A DNA stretch of 64,000 bases from Tubiluchus corallicola (GCA_030141605.1 JAQGDQ010000019.1:992001-1056000); one strand, 5' to 3'. Shown: positions 1 through 18,660, counted from the stretch's first letter. Made by a program: numbers and translations. The notes: a model not told the origin generated them from the letters alone.

Positions 1-1556
1 AGATATATTGATTTAAACGGTAGCACAACTAGTCTTCCAAGTCCTGCTGTTCAGCTGTACTAAAAGTTTAGTACGAAATAGTTAAAACCTAGCCCATTCT
101 TAAGTTGTAGCTCAAAACAATCTACTCTATAAAATATTGAAGGGAATATACATATACAGTTTTTCAAGAATGTCTTACGTGAACCTTTGTTACCACAGAA
201 ATATAATTTAACGTTCGCGCTGCTAAGTTCTTCATGGTTACACGCATTTCACCATTCACCACTAGTGCCTATATCTCGAAAATGTGTTGCACAAAAACCA
301 GGTGCTGTACCTCTCAGTTCAGAAGTCGGTTGTGACATACTACAAACATTCAAAACTTATGGGTGACCATGGCAGTAAACTTGAAATTCAGTTTTTAAAG
401 TTAAAATTTGCTGAGTTTTGGTATATTGCATTGAATTTTGTAAAGTAGCACTGTACAATTTTGCTTTTGCAAACACATATAACCTGCCCATGGAATGTTT
501 GTGCCCTTTGAAAATTATGTTCATTTGCGATGTCATCACTAGCTGGGCTCCTTTGTCTTTAATTAAGTTTTTAGCCTATTATTTAATTAACAGAAACGTT
601 TTGGCATTACTGTACGTTTTAAAATGTATACTTTCTATCATACTTCAAAATGGGATGTGAGGAGTATGAAAAGTCATCCTGTTTTCCTGTAAAAGTGTCT
701 TCTTGCTGATTCAGTGGTTTGTGGTTGGCTTCAAATTACACTATTATAGTTACTGTAACAACTGGCTTTGTCACCTAGTCACCAACCTGTACAAGTCATG
801 TTCTAATATCATGAAAACTTCACAGTTTCGTGTTAATGTCTTGAAAACGTCACAGTTTAATTACTTTATAACGTTCAAAAATACTTCCTCCAGTAGTTAA
901 CTTAATATCAGACGAAAGAAATTGCCTAGATGAGTGAGGTGTTTTGTAAAATGATTGTTTCAAGTTGTGTCCTAGCAACAGTGAGGAAAAGATAAACAAG
1001 GTAAAATTGTCTTGCTAAGCATCATAGTTTAAAATCACTTAATTCCATGTATGCTTGGTGTGTATAGAAAGTCCTTTTAATAATACTTGAGTGAGTGTTT
1101 AACAACAACTGAAACAATGTTTAAAGAGAGGAACTGTATTGCGAATAAAAATATATGCAACTACCTCGATCCTAGATGCTTCTATAATTGTCTTTGAGAC
1201 ATTTGCAAGATTTTCTGCCTCTGGTGTAAGGTAATAAACAATGCAGACAATTTGACCATATAACTGCAGCTTCGGCATCAGCAGTGCGACAGCGTAAGGC
1301 AAAGCACAATTTATATAACAAAGAGCTGGTGTGTTTATTCGTAGGATAGTTTATTAGTCACATTAAGATCCATTCATTAGGACCCATAATTCATTAACCC
1401 AATCGAAAAGTCATATGTAAAGAGCACAGAAAAAGCAGCAAAATAAAATTTAAGCAAACAAATATTTCAAGCTGCAAGGTTTTATAATTTTAGTTATTTG
1501 CTTGATCTAGCCAAATTTTCCAGCTTTTGTACAATGAATTTTTTAAATGCAGAAAA

Positions 1557-6547
<4,991 letters not shown>

Positions 6548-8372
6548 GTGACAATTCCATCTGCTTATGGATATAAATATTCTTAGTATCCGTCATGTAA
6601 ATATTGATCGTTCACACGTTTAAAGTTGATTAAATTTTAAGCAAAGAACAAGGGTTTGGTGCTTATATAACTACGCTAGCGTGAAGGCCAATACTGTGGG
6701 TTCATATGAACATTTTTAGTCACTCCCAGAAGAGTGAATATCCATGGCATTACATGTGTTATTTTTGTTTGATAAAACATAACATTAGCTGCAATTTGAA
6801 TGTTAGTCTACACAGACATATACCTTATATTATTCGAGTTCATTATATTATGCATTTCGCCATTTTTGAATCATATGGTTCTTTGTGATCTTGTTTCAGT
6901 TGCTTCTGATCTTATCTAAGTTGCTACTGTCTGCTAATTATTATTGAAATAATTTCCTTAAATGATGTAATGGTAATCATATTATCATGTTCCACTCACT
7001 AGGTTCTGAAGAGTGTGACAAAATTAATGTGTGAAGAGTGTAAGAAGTAAATTTTAAACTCGTACTTCGTAATCCTTTTATGAGTTTAATGGGCTGTGGA
7101 AGCAGCCGATGATGAATTAGAGCCCAACTTATTACAATAATATAACGACATTTATCATTTTGTCTTTTTACCATTTAAAACAGCTGTATTGTTGTCTTTT
7201 GTTTTTCATACTTATAAATTATATATATATTTCACACAAATTTTTTTATGCACCCACTTATCACGCACACTAATGATTTTGCTCATCCAATAACAGACAC
7301 ACCAATTAATACTCTTTTACAGTTACTGATGAATATGTAATCAAGTACATGTATAACAAATATTACAGTTATTCAACACACACCACATTGATATTTTTGG
7401 ATGTTAACATAGCAGTATCACAGATCTACGATCCTACCAACAGTCACCAACAGTCATCCTCTTCCATGGTTTTAAATGTGATTTTTCCTTCAAATTTTGT
7501 TGGCATAGTTACACAAAGTGTTATGCAGTAAATGCTATTAACAGCAAAACAGATAAATGTATGCTGTAATTAATAATTCACCAATAAAAAGGTACATAGG
7601 TATATGTAGCATGTCTTTTTATGCACAATGGTACAATTTCAGTTCAATGCCTTTACTGACATGCAAATGAAAGGGTATACTATTTAGCAAAGGTAAAAGA
7701 GCTCCAAACTTAGATTTCTGTTCTAGATGTCAAGTATATATGTCCTTTCGTTTTTCATTTATCTATTCTCATTCTACATTACGTGTTAATAATATAATTG
7801 ATAGTTAGCTGAATAATCCTATTACTAGATCTACATAAGAGGCTTTACATCAAATGTACAGATTCCTGTTTTCAGGCAAGAGCAACTACTATCACAGAAT
7901 GTTAATGACTTGATGCACATAAAAGGCTTTCTTGTGAAAAGCATAAATTAATTTGGGGAGTGAAGATATTACAACCAGACACATTTAACACGTAACTGAT
8001 TTTATGATAAAATTGGTCTAATTTACCAATGGCATGAAATGTCTACAGCTGGTACAGCTATACCATAATATAGTCTATCATTTATACAATGCCACTACCC
8101 AGATTTTTGTGGTGAGTATGACGAAAAAGTTGGAAGATCATGCAAAAATAAAACCGTTTTTATCACTGAATCTCGGAATCATTTTTAACGTTAAAACTTG
8201 GAAAACTTGCGTGTTTACAATTAGTAGTTATTCATATAGATGCAATGAGTTTTCTGCAAATGCCCTTACTGAAACATGATGAAGCAATTTGGATTTTTGA
8301 TATCCAAGTTCTGCTGTTTTCTTAGTAACTGAGGTTCACCAAATAACGCATCACACTTAATGCACTGTTACA

Positions 8373-9941
8373 CTATGATTCATAAAGTATGCGCTGAGAG
8401 TGGGCATTTACCTCCCAGTCAGGTACATGTAACTCAAACTTCAGGCCAAGTAGTACAGGAAATTCGTAAGCTAAAATATCCTTTGTGTTTAATCTAAACC
8501 TATCTGCAATGTCATCCAGAAGTTTATGCAATTGCTCGCCTTTGACATCGTTAAGTTTGGCTGATAAAACGAGGCAGGCTCCAGCTATGTGTTTTCTGTT
8601 GGGTTTATGTAAAAAGCCGAACAATATGATTTTCTCAAAGTAAACGTACGACTGAGCAACTGTAAAATCATCAAGCTCATTATCACTAGCTATGCGTCTT
8701 ATTTCGCGCTTCAAACTTCGCAGTTTGCTCAAAGTTATGTCAATACTGGGCCACTTCTGACGAAATTTTTCATTTAATTCCGATTTTAAGTCAGATGGCT
8801 TAACATAATCGATTACTGAAGTCAAGTAAGAGCTAAACTTTAGCGTTGCTCTGTGTCTGCCAGCAATTAATTCAGGATCATCTAGCAAACGAGCATCATA
8901 TATCATACACTCAGGATCTTCAGAATCCAACGAATCAACATTGTTACGTCCTGGATTGTACAATAAACAAGAGTCACTCTCGAAATGAGAATCATTAGAT
9001 GTGTTGCGCTTTATCAAACTTGGCCTATGTCGCTTTGGCACAAGATAATTAGCAAATGAAATTTCTTCATCGGCAGATGGATCAACTCCAAGCATTACTA
9101 AAATTTCAAATCCATCGAGCTTTTGAGTAGAAATGTGTCGCTTTCGCACTTCTGTTAACACTTTATCCCCCTTTGACATCGTTTCCTCTCGTTTTTTGTT
9201 GTATGATAACACAGAAAAACAACAGAATGGTGCCTTTTTAGAAGTCAGAAATATTGTGCGATCATTTCGCAAGTATGGATGGTCTGAGGCCGAAGATAAG
9301 AGTCTGATTTCTTTAACTGGTGAGGAGGAAGTTGAAGTCCAACTGGAACTACTGGAATGGCGCCGCCTCCATGCACCTTGGTAATAGTAGTCATAGTTCA
9401 TTGAGTGGCTGCTTTCACTTACCGAATGCTGTCGAAATAGCCTCTTTTTGAAACTAACGCCGACCGATCCTTCTCGACTAGTAGAAAATGACTTGTGTCG
9501 TTTCTGTTCCTCTGCAACTGTAAAATTATCACGTTCTTCACTGGAGTGACGAAGCTCTGCCAAGTTGCATTCATTCAAAGCAAGATCTAATGGTGACTGG
9601 GAAGCTGCAGGTGTTTTACTTTCATCATATTCAGCATTATTGCTTTTCGTCTTGATGTGCATGTTTATATCAACAGTGGCAGGTGCAGAAATAGTTTCCT
9701 CTGAATCTGTCAATTCATCATCACACTCGTATTCATCATCACGTTTCACTTCAGTTTTATTTTCACTAGTGTCTTGTTGCTTCTTTTTAGGTTTTGACCA
9801 GGGACACCTGAAATTTTCTTTATTAAATATTGCGTACTTTGTATCACGGTGTGACCCATCAAGAGAGATGTTTGAAAGAAAATTGACAGCTGCCACATGA
9901 CGCCTTGACCGGTGTGATCTCCTTGCCAGTCTGCTTGTCAT
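8373..9941 (-). CDS. CABLES: CDK5 and ABL1 enzyme substrate (CABLES-like, C-terminal cyclin-like fold), single-exon CDS, 522 aa
   Basis: Uninterrupted ORF. N-terminal RSRR..AAVNFLSNISLDGSHRDT and C-terminal LLDDPELIAGRHR, SVIDYVKPSDLKSELNEKFR, ITLSKLRSLKRE, VAQSYVYFEK, AGACLVLSAKLND, EFPVL are CABLES motifs. First in-frame ATG is at 9941; an in-frame TGA lies at 9953-9951. Confidence 0.93.
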   Translation of the reverse strand: MTSRLARRSHRSRRHVAAVNFLSNISLDGSHRDTKYAIFNKENFRCPWSKPKKKQQDTSENKTEVKRDDEYECDDELTDSEETISAPATVDINMHIKTKSNNAEYDESKTPAASQSPLDLALNECNLAELRHSSEERDNFTVAEEQKRHKSFSTSREGSVGVSFKKRLFRQHSVSESSHSMNYDYYYQGAWRRRHSSSSSWTSTSSSPVKEIRLLSSASDHPYLRNDRTIFLTSKKAPFCCFSVLSYNKKREETMSKGDKVLTEVRKRHISTQKLDGFEILVMLGVDPSADEEISFANYLVPKRHRPSLIKRNTSNDSHFESDSCLLYNPGRNNVDSLDSEDPECMIYDARLLDDPELIAGRHRATLKFSSYLTSVIDYVKPSDLKSELNEKFRQKWPSIDITLSKLRSLKREIRRIASDNELDDFTVAQSYVYFEKIILFGFLHKPNRKHIAGACLVLSAKLNDVKGEQLHKLLDDIADRFRLNTKDILAYEFPVLLGLKFELHVPDWEVNAHSQRILYES

Positions 9942-11044
9942 CTCCAAACATCATTTGTCTTTGCTTCAATTGTAGCTGGTTAACAGATTTTTGGGCTCAC
10001 AGGGCAAACCTAGCCACTTGGACATTCAGACAAATGCAAGCTCCACCAAACTCGCCTAAAACAAGCAAAACTGGGTAAATTTCATTGCATTAGTAATGAT
10101 AAACCACACTAATATGCCAATATTTTCAATCAGGTATATTAAGAAGTTAAAGTTCAACAGAGTGTCGACATTTTGAAAAAAGCAGGAAGAATACTTTACA
10201 GAACCAATATTGACATATCTTGAAGTACTGTGATCGCCATTGTTGCAAACGAACATCAAGAGACGGCAAAACGTTCAAGATAACTGTAACCGTTTCCATT
10301 ATGCAGCTGATTTGCACTTAGAGGTATGTTCACTTAGACAGAGAACAAGAGCAGCTGACTTGCATGAAGTGTGTAAGTACCTAATTGGGCAGGGTTTGTG
10401 TGATATATTATTGAAGGCTGCACCTCTATTTTTCATTCAAAGCCATTCTAACTATAAAAGCTATACAAGAACTAACTATAAAAGTATATTTTTTCTCATT
10501 CTGTAGTGAATATGTGAAACAGTCTAGAGAGTGCAATTAATCACTGAATTTAAACTTTTAAGAAGAGATTGAAGGGTTCACGATAGTCATGCTTTTTAAA
10601 AAGCCAATACAGAAATACACTGGTACATTTTGGTATCAATTGATAGTAACTCAACACTCTTATTTGTACAATTTCCTTTGGGAATGTTCACCACAATCCC
10701 ATTTAGTTTGGTTACACATTGCATCTCTTTGCATGTTTTTGTCTGGAACAAAAATCAATAATTTCATTGAATTTTTCATTGTCTTAGCCCATAATTATTT
10801 ACAACAAAACATAAAACAGATGAAGAGTTTAGAGTTGTATTTAAATCTCTAGTGATGATATAAGCAGGCATGAAACCTAGAGTTACTAATGTGTTTCTTT
10901 TCAAAGTTTCTTCAACACATAGTAACTTTTTCAGACCCTACAAATGGACACACTGTGTACTGCTGATAACCATTTGCTAACAATTAGCTGAAGACAACTT
11001 TTGGTGATGACCAGTGGCTTTTACGTATGCTCTGAATGGCTCGA

Positions 11045-11600
11045 TTATTTATTTATTTATTTACCATTTATTCGTATATATTTGGCACAAACAATACAAT
11101 CACATTAGTGAATTAGTGCAAAAGAACACAAAGGCCATGATAGCCTTATTTTAACACGAGATACAAAAAGAAAAATCGATACAACGGTTCTAAAGAAAAG
11201 ACTTGCATTGAAGTCATAAGAAATTTATATAAACTGCATTAGCAAAAATTGATAGACTAACTTTGACCATTGCAATTTCGCTTGTCCAACATTTAATAAA
11301 GAATAAAATTTACTAGTACTTGCGTATCAGACAGTAGTTATATATTCAAGTATATCGTTCAATTCTTGTTACTGAAAAAGCTAACATTGTTATATTCATT
11401 CGCATCTAAAAGGTCTAATAAAAAGTGTAACATTTTAACATTATCAAGCCTATATTTGAGTTTACTGGTATCTTTTAAAACTCTGTTCAAATTCAACATA
11501 CCAAAGCCGGAGTAGTTAAACAAGTAAGTTTTCAACATATTGTAAATTAGATCTTAGAATAGACAAGCTGGCATTACGAGCAAACAAGCTGATTAGGGAA
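11045..11600 (-). mobile_element. Possible decayed LINE 3' fragment ending in a (TAAA)n tail
   Basis: (ttta)n run at about 11045-11063 next to coding-like decayed sequence; I could read no clean motif. Confidence 0.25.
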
Positions 11601-13245
11601 TTACTGCTACACAAACTTTTTACACATGTCTTTTACAAAACTTATATGAAATGCCACACTAGTATGATTAGTATTGCACACAAATGGTAACAAATAGCAA
11701 TGACTACGATACAGTAAATTCCATATTCTTCTCACAGCAATATTCCCTGCTGCATTAATATTTTCAATATTGTAATTTTTAAGTTTCCAATTTCACAAAA
11801 TGACTGACATGTCTAAAATATTTTAATGTTCACTTTACAACAGTGGCGACTCGTGTATAGGTACTGTGGAACTGCAGCACCCCCTATTTTCACTCAATAT
11901 TATCGATAATGTTCAATATAAAAAATCTTTTTTCTTTAGTTCTTTCTTTATACTTGTACGGTCCAGAGCACGTGAGGGTAGTACTGTTTGCTTCACAGCC
12001 CAGCAGAGTGCGCTCACAGCTCAAGCAATGTAGTGTTTGGTTGTTGTGTGCATACGACCATGCACACATGTCTCAGCTAAGACGCTGTACTTTAGGTAGA
12101 AAGAGTACTGTCACTCACACAGTGTGTGTTGTCAGTCCTCATATGCTTAAAAGCTGTGTACTGGCATATTCTTGAACTGCAACAATTTAGGCTTTTCGTA
12201 AGCAAGCCATATTTTTTGTTTAGGATTTTATCAAGTTTATGTATAAATTTTCATATGTTTGTTTGTTTAAAATAACAATTACAAATTATAACATTTAAAT
12301 TACATATGTTTCACTTTACACAGTAGTAAAACAATGGCTAAAAATTTTCTGAAGCAGCTGAATGCCATGGAGACATCAAGTAGTGAACAAAAAACATTAC
12401 TGCCAATCCTAATATAAAATAATATTGATATAAATATAATATAATGTAAATTTTAGCTGTTGGTCTGTTAATTTCTCTTGCAGGGCTTACACTAACAGCA
12501 GTAGCTGCATAACATGCACAAGAGGTACTAAACCACAATGGTTTGTGCTTGTAATTACTTATTCAAAGAAAAGCTTACTCGTTTTCTTCCATTTCAATCA
12601 GAAACCTAACCACTTGTAACTATGTTCGAAACATACTACAAACAAGTAGCTTTTCTGCATCATGAATGAGAATCTCCTTATGCTGGGTGCAATAATATTT
12701 TAAAATTTAAGCAAATTGTATTTACCATGAACATTCATCCAAACAGCAGTAGTAGCTGCTGCTGCAGAACACATCCTTATTCTTATTAAATAAACTCTTG
12801 CTCTTTCTCTCTTACAAATACTACTACAAGAAAACATACATTACTGTAGGAGTTCCAAAAAGGGGCAGAGTTATAATAAACCACTGGAGCCATTTTATTA
12901 CTGCTTGATGAAGTTGACATTAGAACTGTTTCTAACACTAACAAATTAATTATGAATACACATAATAATTATTTAATATGAATAAATGGTAAGATGTTTA
13001 TTATTATTGAAACAAGTAATAATCACAGTCTATTCAGTGATATTCAGTTATGGCTTATCAGTAGTATTATAATTATTAATATATTAAAAATAATCATTAG
13101 GTTTCACTTTCTGTTCAAATATAAATTATAATATTGTCGCACGTAATCACCTGCTATAATGAGTTGTAGTATTTAATCAGTACTCTTGCTTGTGATATTG
13201 ACAGGCAAACACACATTCTTAGTAACTGATACTGACTTGCCAATC

Positions 13246-13360
13246 GGAATCGTTGGTTAACTGCAGTGTACGTGCAAAATAGCTAGGCACAAGAGAGGAC
13301 AAAATCGTTAGTAACTGCAGTGAACGCGCAAAATGGCTCAGTATAAGACAAATCGCTATA
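13246..13360. repeat. Short tandem duplication (about 55 bp unit)
   Basis: aatcgtt..taactgcagtg.acg.gcaaaat.gct occurs twice. Confidence 0.6.
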
Positions 13361-14160
13361 ATTACAACCAATGGTCGCTAAAACGGTGTGCTGTGTGACT
13401 TTAACACTAGTCTCCTTGGCTTTATCAGTTTATGAGGTTGCCAAATATTCCGTAGGTATAAACATGAGTAATTTAATGATTTTGTTACAAATAAATTTTC
13501 AAGACATAATATGTACAGTTGTATTAGCCTATCAGGACCTACGTTTTGAAGAAATTATTAGTTTGCATCGTATACGAAGATTTGTTACAACGCAGTGTAG
13601 ACATATAAATTGCATAATACAGAACTGCGGTCAGTAAACAGTAAAGCTGAAAAGTGTACTACGATCACAGCAACATGGCATATCTTTGAATTGACTTTAA
13701 TATACCAAAGAATAGATCACAGCCAAAGTGTATAAAGAGGAATTGACGAAATACTATTGTTACATATTTCGTTTTTGCGATTAGTGGCTATGCTGGCGGC
13801 ATCAAACGGCGAATCAGCAAAAAATTTGGAGCGCCGCATTGACTGTAATAATAATATTATTAAGTTCACCAGTAGTGTTGGCATACGTGCAATTTTGATA
13901 AGCCAAAATCACTTTTGCGTTTTTAATAAAAGAAGTATATCTCAATTAAAAGCAATTATTAGTTTAAAAAAACTGAAAACATTTCATGAAAAGGAACAAA
14001 AATTGTAGCAATACGTTTGTATTATGTACTTGCAAATCAGTTTTCTTGTAAGTAAAATTTTATTGTTTTTCCTGAGAATAGAGGCTAGCTGACTGCATGA
14101 TGGGCTGCCTACTATGTAAAAAAGTAATGCATTTTTCATTGATTTTTGTATCCCTCTCTC

Positions 14161-14273
14161 AGCGAGAAAGAGAGAGAGAGGAGAGGAAGAGACAGTGAAA
14201 GGGAGGGAGAGAGAGAGAGAAAGACGGGAGATAGAGTGAGAGAGAAAGAAAGAGAGAGAGACACAGAGAGAGA
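14161..14273. repeat. Degenerate (GA)n polypurine microsatellite
   Basis: Visible gagagaga-rich tract. Confidence 0.9.
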
Positions 14274-14929
14274 TCCTTCTTTTTCTTTTGTAGAAGGTTC
14301 TGCTATTTGTTTCTTGGTCATTTTACTCCAATGCGAGGTAGCGAATTTGGCACATTAAAAATTTACGTGCGCTGCAATCAATCTATATAATTACACATAT
14401 ATTATATTGTAGGTTTGTATATAAATAATTTGCACATGCATGCATGCACACAACAAGTGATTGCATACGGTACTTCATATATAAATAATCAATACAGCAG
14501 TAGAGATGAGTAGGACTGAACTGCTAGCCTACGGTGTCGTAATGTCTTGATACACCCATGCACACATACTCGTATACATGTATGATGTATGCATTATTAC
14601 ATACAAAGATTCTATGAAGCTGAGCCTATATATTTAACTATATAAAATGATTGCCCTTAGAACCAAGGCCTGTATAAAATCAATTAAATTAAGCCCATCA
14701 ATAAATAATATTTATCAAGACTTGTCAGTGGATTTAGCCACAGGTGTTTTGTTAGTATGCTTATACAAGTATATTTTTTACACGTAAACAAACTGTATTT
14801 AATGAACACTTATTTTGACATAAGCCTAACTGAATCTTAAAAAAATAGGCTAAATAATATTTGGGAACGTCTACATATGATATATAAGATGTTATGACCC
14901 GCGTGCAGATTCTCATTTATGCGCCAGGT

Positions 14930-15160
14930 TGGCTTCTCACCTGAATTCTGTAACTTGATTTTGACCTAGTTAGTTGGTTGTTATAGAGGTGGAAGTAAAA
15001 TGTCGGCTGCTTAGGATGACAGCTCTGATTTTTCGTTTTGTTATTTTTTGTTCAATGATAATATAAAAGAGGGGTAATGTCGTAAATGCATCTCCATTTG
15101 TTCAACTTGATTTTATAATCAACTTCAATTCATAACAAAGGTCAAGGTACGATTATATGC
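14930..15160. promoter_or_regulatory. Candidate promoter / first non-coding exons between the divergent CABLES and TMEM160 genes
   Basis: Minus-strand donor CAG|GTGAGA at 14941/14940, Ets-like GGAAGT followed by YY1-like AAAATGTCGGC at about 14990-15006, and a plus-strand donor AAG|GTACGA near 15146. Inference only. Confidence 0.3.
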
Positions 15161-15964
15161 TTTTTTAAACATCTTTTAAATTGGAATTAACAAAACATGC
15201 AGATGCTTAGATTAAATTGTATTCTGAAAAAATTATTTGCTCTTCTGAAAAAAATCGATTTTTTCTATAAAAGGTATTACACTTGAAAGTCGGGCCTAAT
15301 ATTTCTTCAAGTTATATTTCCTGAAATATTAAACAGGAATGTTTTTTTAGAAAAAATGTTTCTCCAGAAATAGAATATTACATGAGATAGGTATTTGCAA
15401 ACTTTCTTTATATTAACTTTTTTATTAATTATCACAAACTTATTAACTTTCTTAACTTCTTCTGTAAATAAGCCTATTAATTTTCATGTGATATGAATAT
15501 AACAGGTTTTATTTTAACTACTAATTATTCTTAGTGCCTTATGCTTGCTTTAAATAATATTCAAAAATATAACAGCTGCTATAAATCGCCAAAGACAAAT
15601 GCGGGCCTTGCAGTCTTTGCTTAATGTACAAATATCTAACTTGTAACAAAAGTTACAAAACTGTGCCATAATTGCCATTTTATTGTAATTACCTGGCTGC
15701 ATCCTCGGGAAATTTAAAAACATATTTTTATTTGTATTTTTGCAACTCACTGCTGAGCAAGTTATGTCGACCGGCCTGGCTTTGGTGGTTTTATCAATTC
15801 ATCTGCTACAGTACACACTTGTGCGCGAACAGCTTGCGCTACAGCGACCTGACAACAACAATCCGTACTGCTGTGCCGCTAGGGCGACACTAACTGCGCG
15901 AACTGTTGCGCCGTAGGATTTTCCATACTTTCTGCGGTGGCTATTCTTTGGCTAAGCGGTGATT

Positions 15965-16330
15965 TCAACGATCACAAATCAGTGATGAAATGACGAAGTG
16001 TGATGTGTGAGTTTTGAGAGCAATAATTCTTGAATTTATAACAGTATACGTGCAATTAAAATCCACCGAATGAACAGAACCCACTCCAGCATGAGCGCTT
16101 GTGTCATCTTCATGCAAAAATATTTTATACTTGTTATCTAAGGAATAATTCTCTGTTGATTTCACATGAGTTTCTTGTAATGCCAAAAACGCCAATCCAG
16201 TGAAGATAGCTCTTCAACAAGCCATAGAACCAGCTAAAAAACCTGCAGGAAGACAAATGTTAACATATTTAGATTTTGCACAGAAAGATTAAAACACTTC
16301 AGCATTGATCCTTAGAAATAAATCCACTAG
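15965..16330 (-). mobile_element. Non-LTR retrotransposon remnant (AP-endonuclease fragment, RTE/L2-like)
   Basis: Translation FLALQETH...AHAGVG...VINSRIIALK resembles the LINE APE motifs (LQET, GVG, SRI); truncated. Confidence 0.65.
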
Positions 16331-16604
16331 GGGCATTGGGCGAGCAGGGAGTCCTGGCATAGGGAGGTGAGCAGAATCATGTCCTTGGACGTATGATTCA
16401 TTGGATGATGATGAAGTGTGATATGAACAAAAGATGTTAGTAGCATTGTCATAAATTGAGTGGTTCTTCAGTCAAATTGGTTTGTTAGTAAAAAGTTTTT
16501 GCTAAAAACACATAGAACTCGTGGTACATCAGATAAAAACTTATTTAACAATTCTGACATAGTATTTCTCAAATGTAATAAGTAATTTGAACTAGTTGAT
16601 CATT

Positions 16605-17385
16605 GGGAGCGGAGTAGGACACTAGCCGAAGTAGGACAATTGGTGTACCTGGGCTAGCTCAAGCTGGGCACGTAGACATGGGCTAGCCCAAGTAGGACGC
16701 CTCGTACATGGGCTGCCCAAGTAGGACCCTAGAGACAGGCCACGAATTGAGTCGTTAACCGTACTGGCAACATCCGTTGTCCTTGCTTAGGTAATAATAA
16801 TAATTGAAAACGTCAGACATGTTGAATAATTTATTGCACATCTGATAAAATAAAAGAATCTTATTCTAAGCTTGTAGAATGGCCAATATTTAAATTGGCT
16901 TTGATATTCTTTTTGAAGTGAAATAAGGCAATCAGGCAATTCCAACATTTGCTTAATGTATTTATAATTATTATTATCATTTTTTATTTTGCGTTGCTTC
17001 ACAGGAAGGAGATCCATTTCATTACCTGTTGCACAAATAATTTTCTCTTAAGTAAACGGGTTAGCAAACTACGTGCCCTACATAGTTTCTCTCTTTAAAG
17101 CATTAGATACTTAGGTTAATGTTATGATGATATTAATGGAGTTAATAATAATGATGATGTTATTGTAAAAAATACATTTGTAAATTGTCAAGGACTATCC
17201 ATCAATATTATAAAGTCACTTTCTTCTAAAATAAATTTTGTTTTGTGTTTTATTAAGTCATAATTCTCGGTTCTAGACAGAAATCACAGTACCCTACTTG
17301 CTCATATACGACACTGCTTTTCTGCTTATTTAGCACAAGCACTTTTGTGGAAGTGTCCTACTTCGTCTAGTGGGTACTACGCGCC
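16605..17385. mobile_element. Non-autonomous DNA element with about 35-bp imperfect TIRs and subterminal AAGTAGGAC repeats
   Basis: Left end ggagcggagtaggacactagccgaagtaggac against the reverse complement of the right end ggcgcgtagtacccactagacgaagtaggacac; repeated gggctagcccaagtaggac units on the left. Confidence 0.6.
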
Positions 17386-17574
17386 ATACATTGATAATGT
17401 CATCACGTTGTCAGAAACTGAAGTTTTGCAAAAGTGGTTATAAGATTGAGCCTTAAAAGTGAAATGATGACAGTTTTTCTTGAAAGTGCTTATTTTCTTT
17501 TATTGAATTCACCTTGCTTGAATACATGAGAAGTGCATTTCACAATGAAACCTCAGCATTTAACTGTTCAGCTC

Positions 17575-18660
17575 ATCGCCCATGGGTCAAAGATCAACCA
17601 ATCTTGGCATAGCTTATATCATTCAGTTTGTCTCATTGAGACCTTTCATTTGGTGTACAACAAGCTACTTTTGGTAGACCCTGGAAGGCATTTGTCTTCT
17701 CGACCTCCATTTTGCCCCTAACGGGGTCACGATTCACTCTGTAACCTATACCATTCCATTTGCCTCACCAAGACCTTTCATGTGATGTGCTACGTGGTAC
17801 TATTTGTAGACACTCGACACATTTCTGCTCCTGACCCACATTTTTCGGTCCCCCCTACTGGGGTCAGAGATCAACCAGTCTCAGCATAACTTAGACCATT
17901 CGGTTTGTCTCATTGAAACCTTTCATATGGGCTACAATAAGCTACTTTTGGCAAACCCTGGAAGGCATTTGTCTCCTTGATTCCTATCTTGCCCCTAGCT
18001 TGGTCAAGGGTTAACTATTCTCGGTTTAACCTATGCCATTCGATACATCTCATCGAGACCTTTCATTTCATGTGCTACAAGGTATCATTGCTCAACACTT
18101 GGTGCACTTCTGTTCCCGACCCCAATTTTTTTATTTTTGCCCCCTAGCAAAAAAATTTCCTGTATGCGCATGTCTCATGCACTATTTTGGGTTGTGTGTC
18201 CCATACGTCTTGTGCAAGGCCACGACACCACCTAGCAACATACCAAATATTGTGGCTCTAGCTCAAAAAATAAATGGAGACCCACCCTGCTCAGTGACCT
18301 TTGACCCGGCAACTTCGGTCACATGTATACTTAGATAACTTTGCCCAGAGTAAAAAGTCACCAATTGGGGACCCCAAATTTTCCATTTTGGCCCCTCACT
18401 CCGGCATTTAAAACTTGCCAGTTTTTTAAAACCCCAGGTGTACATCTACCCCACAGTGGGCCCAAATACTTGTGGAAAAAAATTGAAAAAACCGAAAACC
18501 CTAGGAGGAGATGCGACCTAAAGGAAAAAGTGACCGATGCCCACTGCCCTTCCCCCTTGACCATTGGTCAGTGGTCACTACACTATTGTACTTCCCTCTA
18601 CCTGAGTGACCCTACCTTAATGAAAAAGAGTAAGATTTTGCTATAGCAAAATCGTAATAA
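17575..18660 (+). mobile_element. Helentron/HINE-like element with an internal array of about 140-bp units and a terminal palindrome
   Basis: Four related units carry tctcat(t/c)gagacctttcat-like cores in A-B-A-B order. A perfect 20-bp palindrome GATTTTGCTATAGCAAAATC at 18634-18653 is followed by gtaataa. The 5' boundary is uncertain. Confidence 0.5.

Noticed and set aside
9133-9900. Plus-strand ORFs 9133-9384 and 9565-9900
   Set aside because: They are antisense shadows of the CABLES CDS with no recognisable motifs.
14136-14358. ER-rich and LS-rich ORFs
   Set aside because: They are translations of the GA microsatellite.
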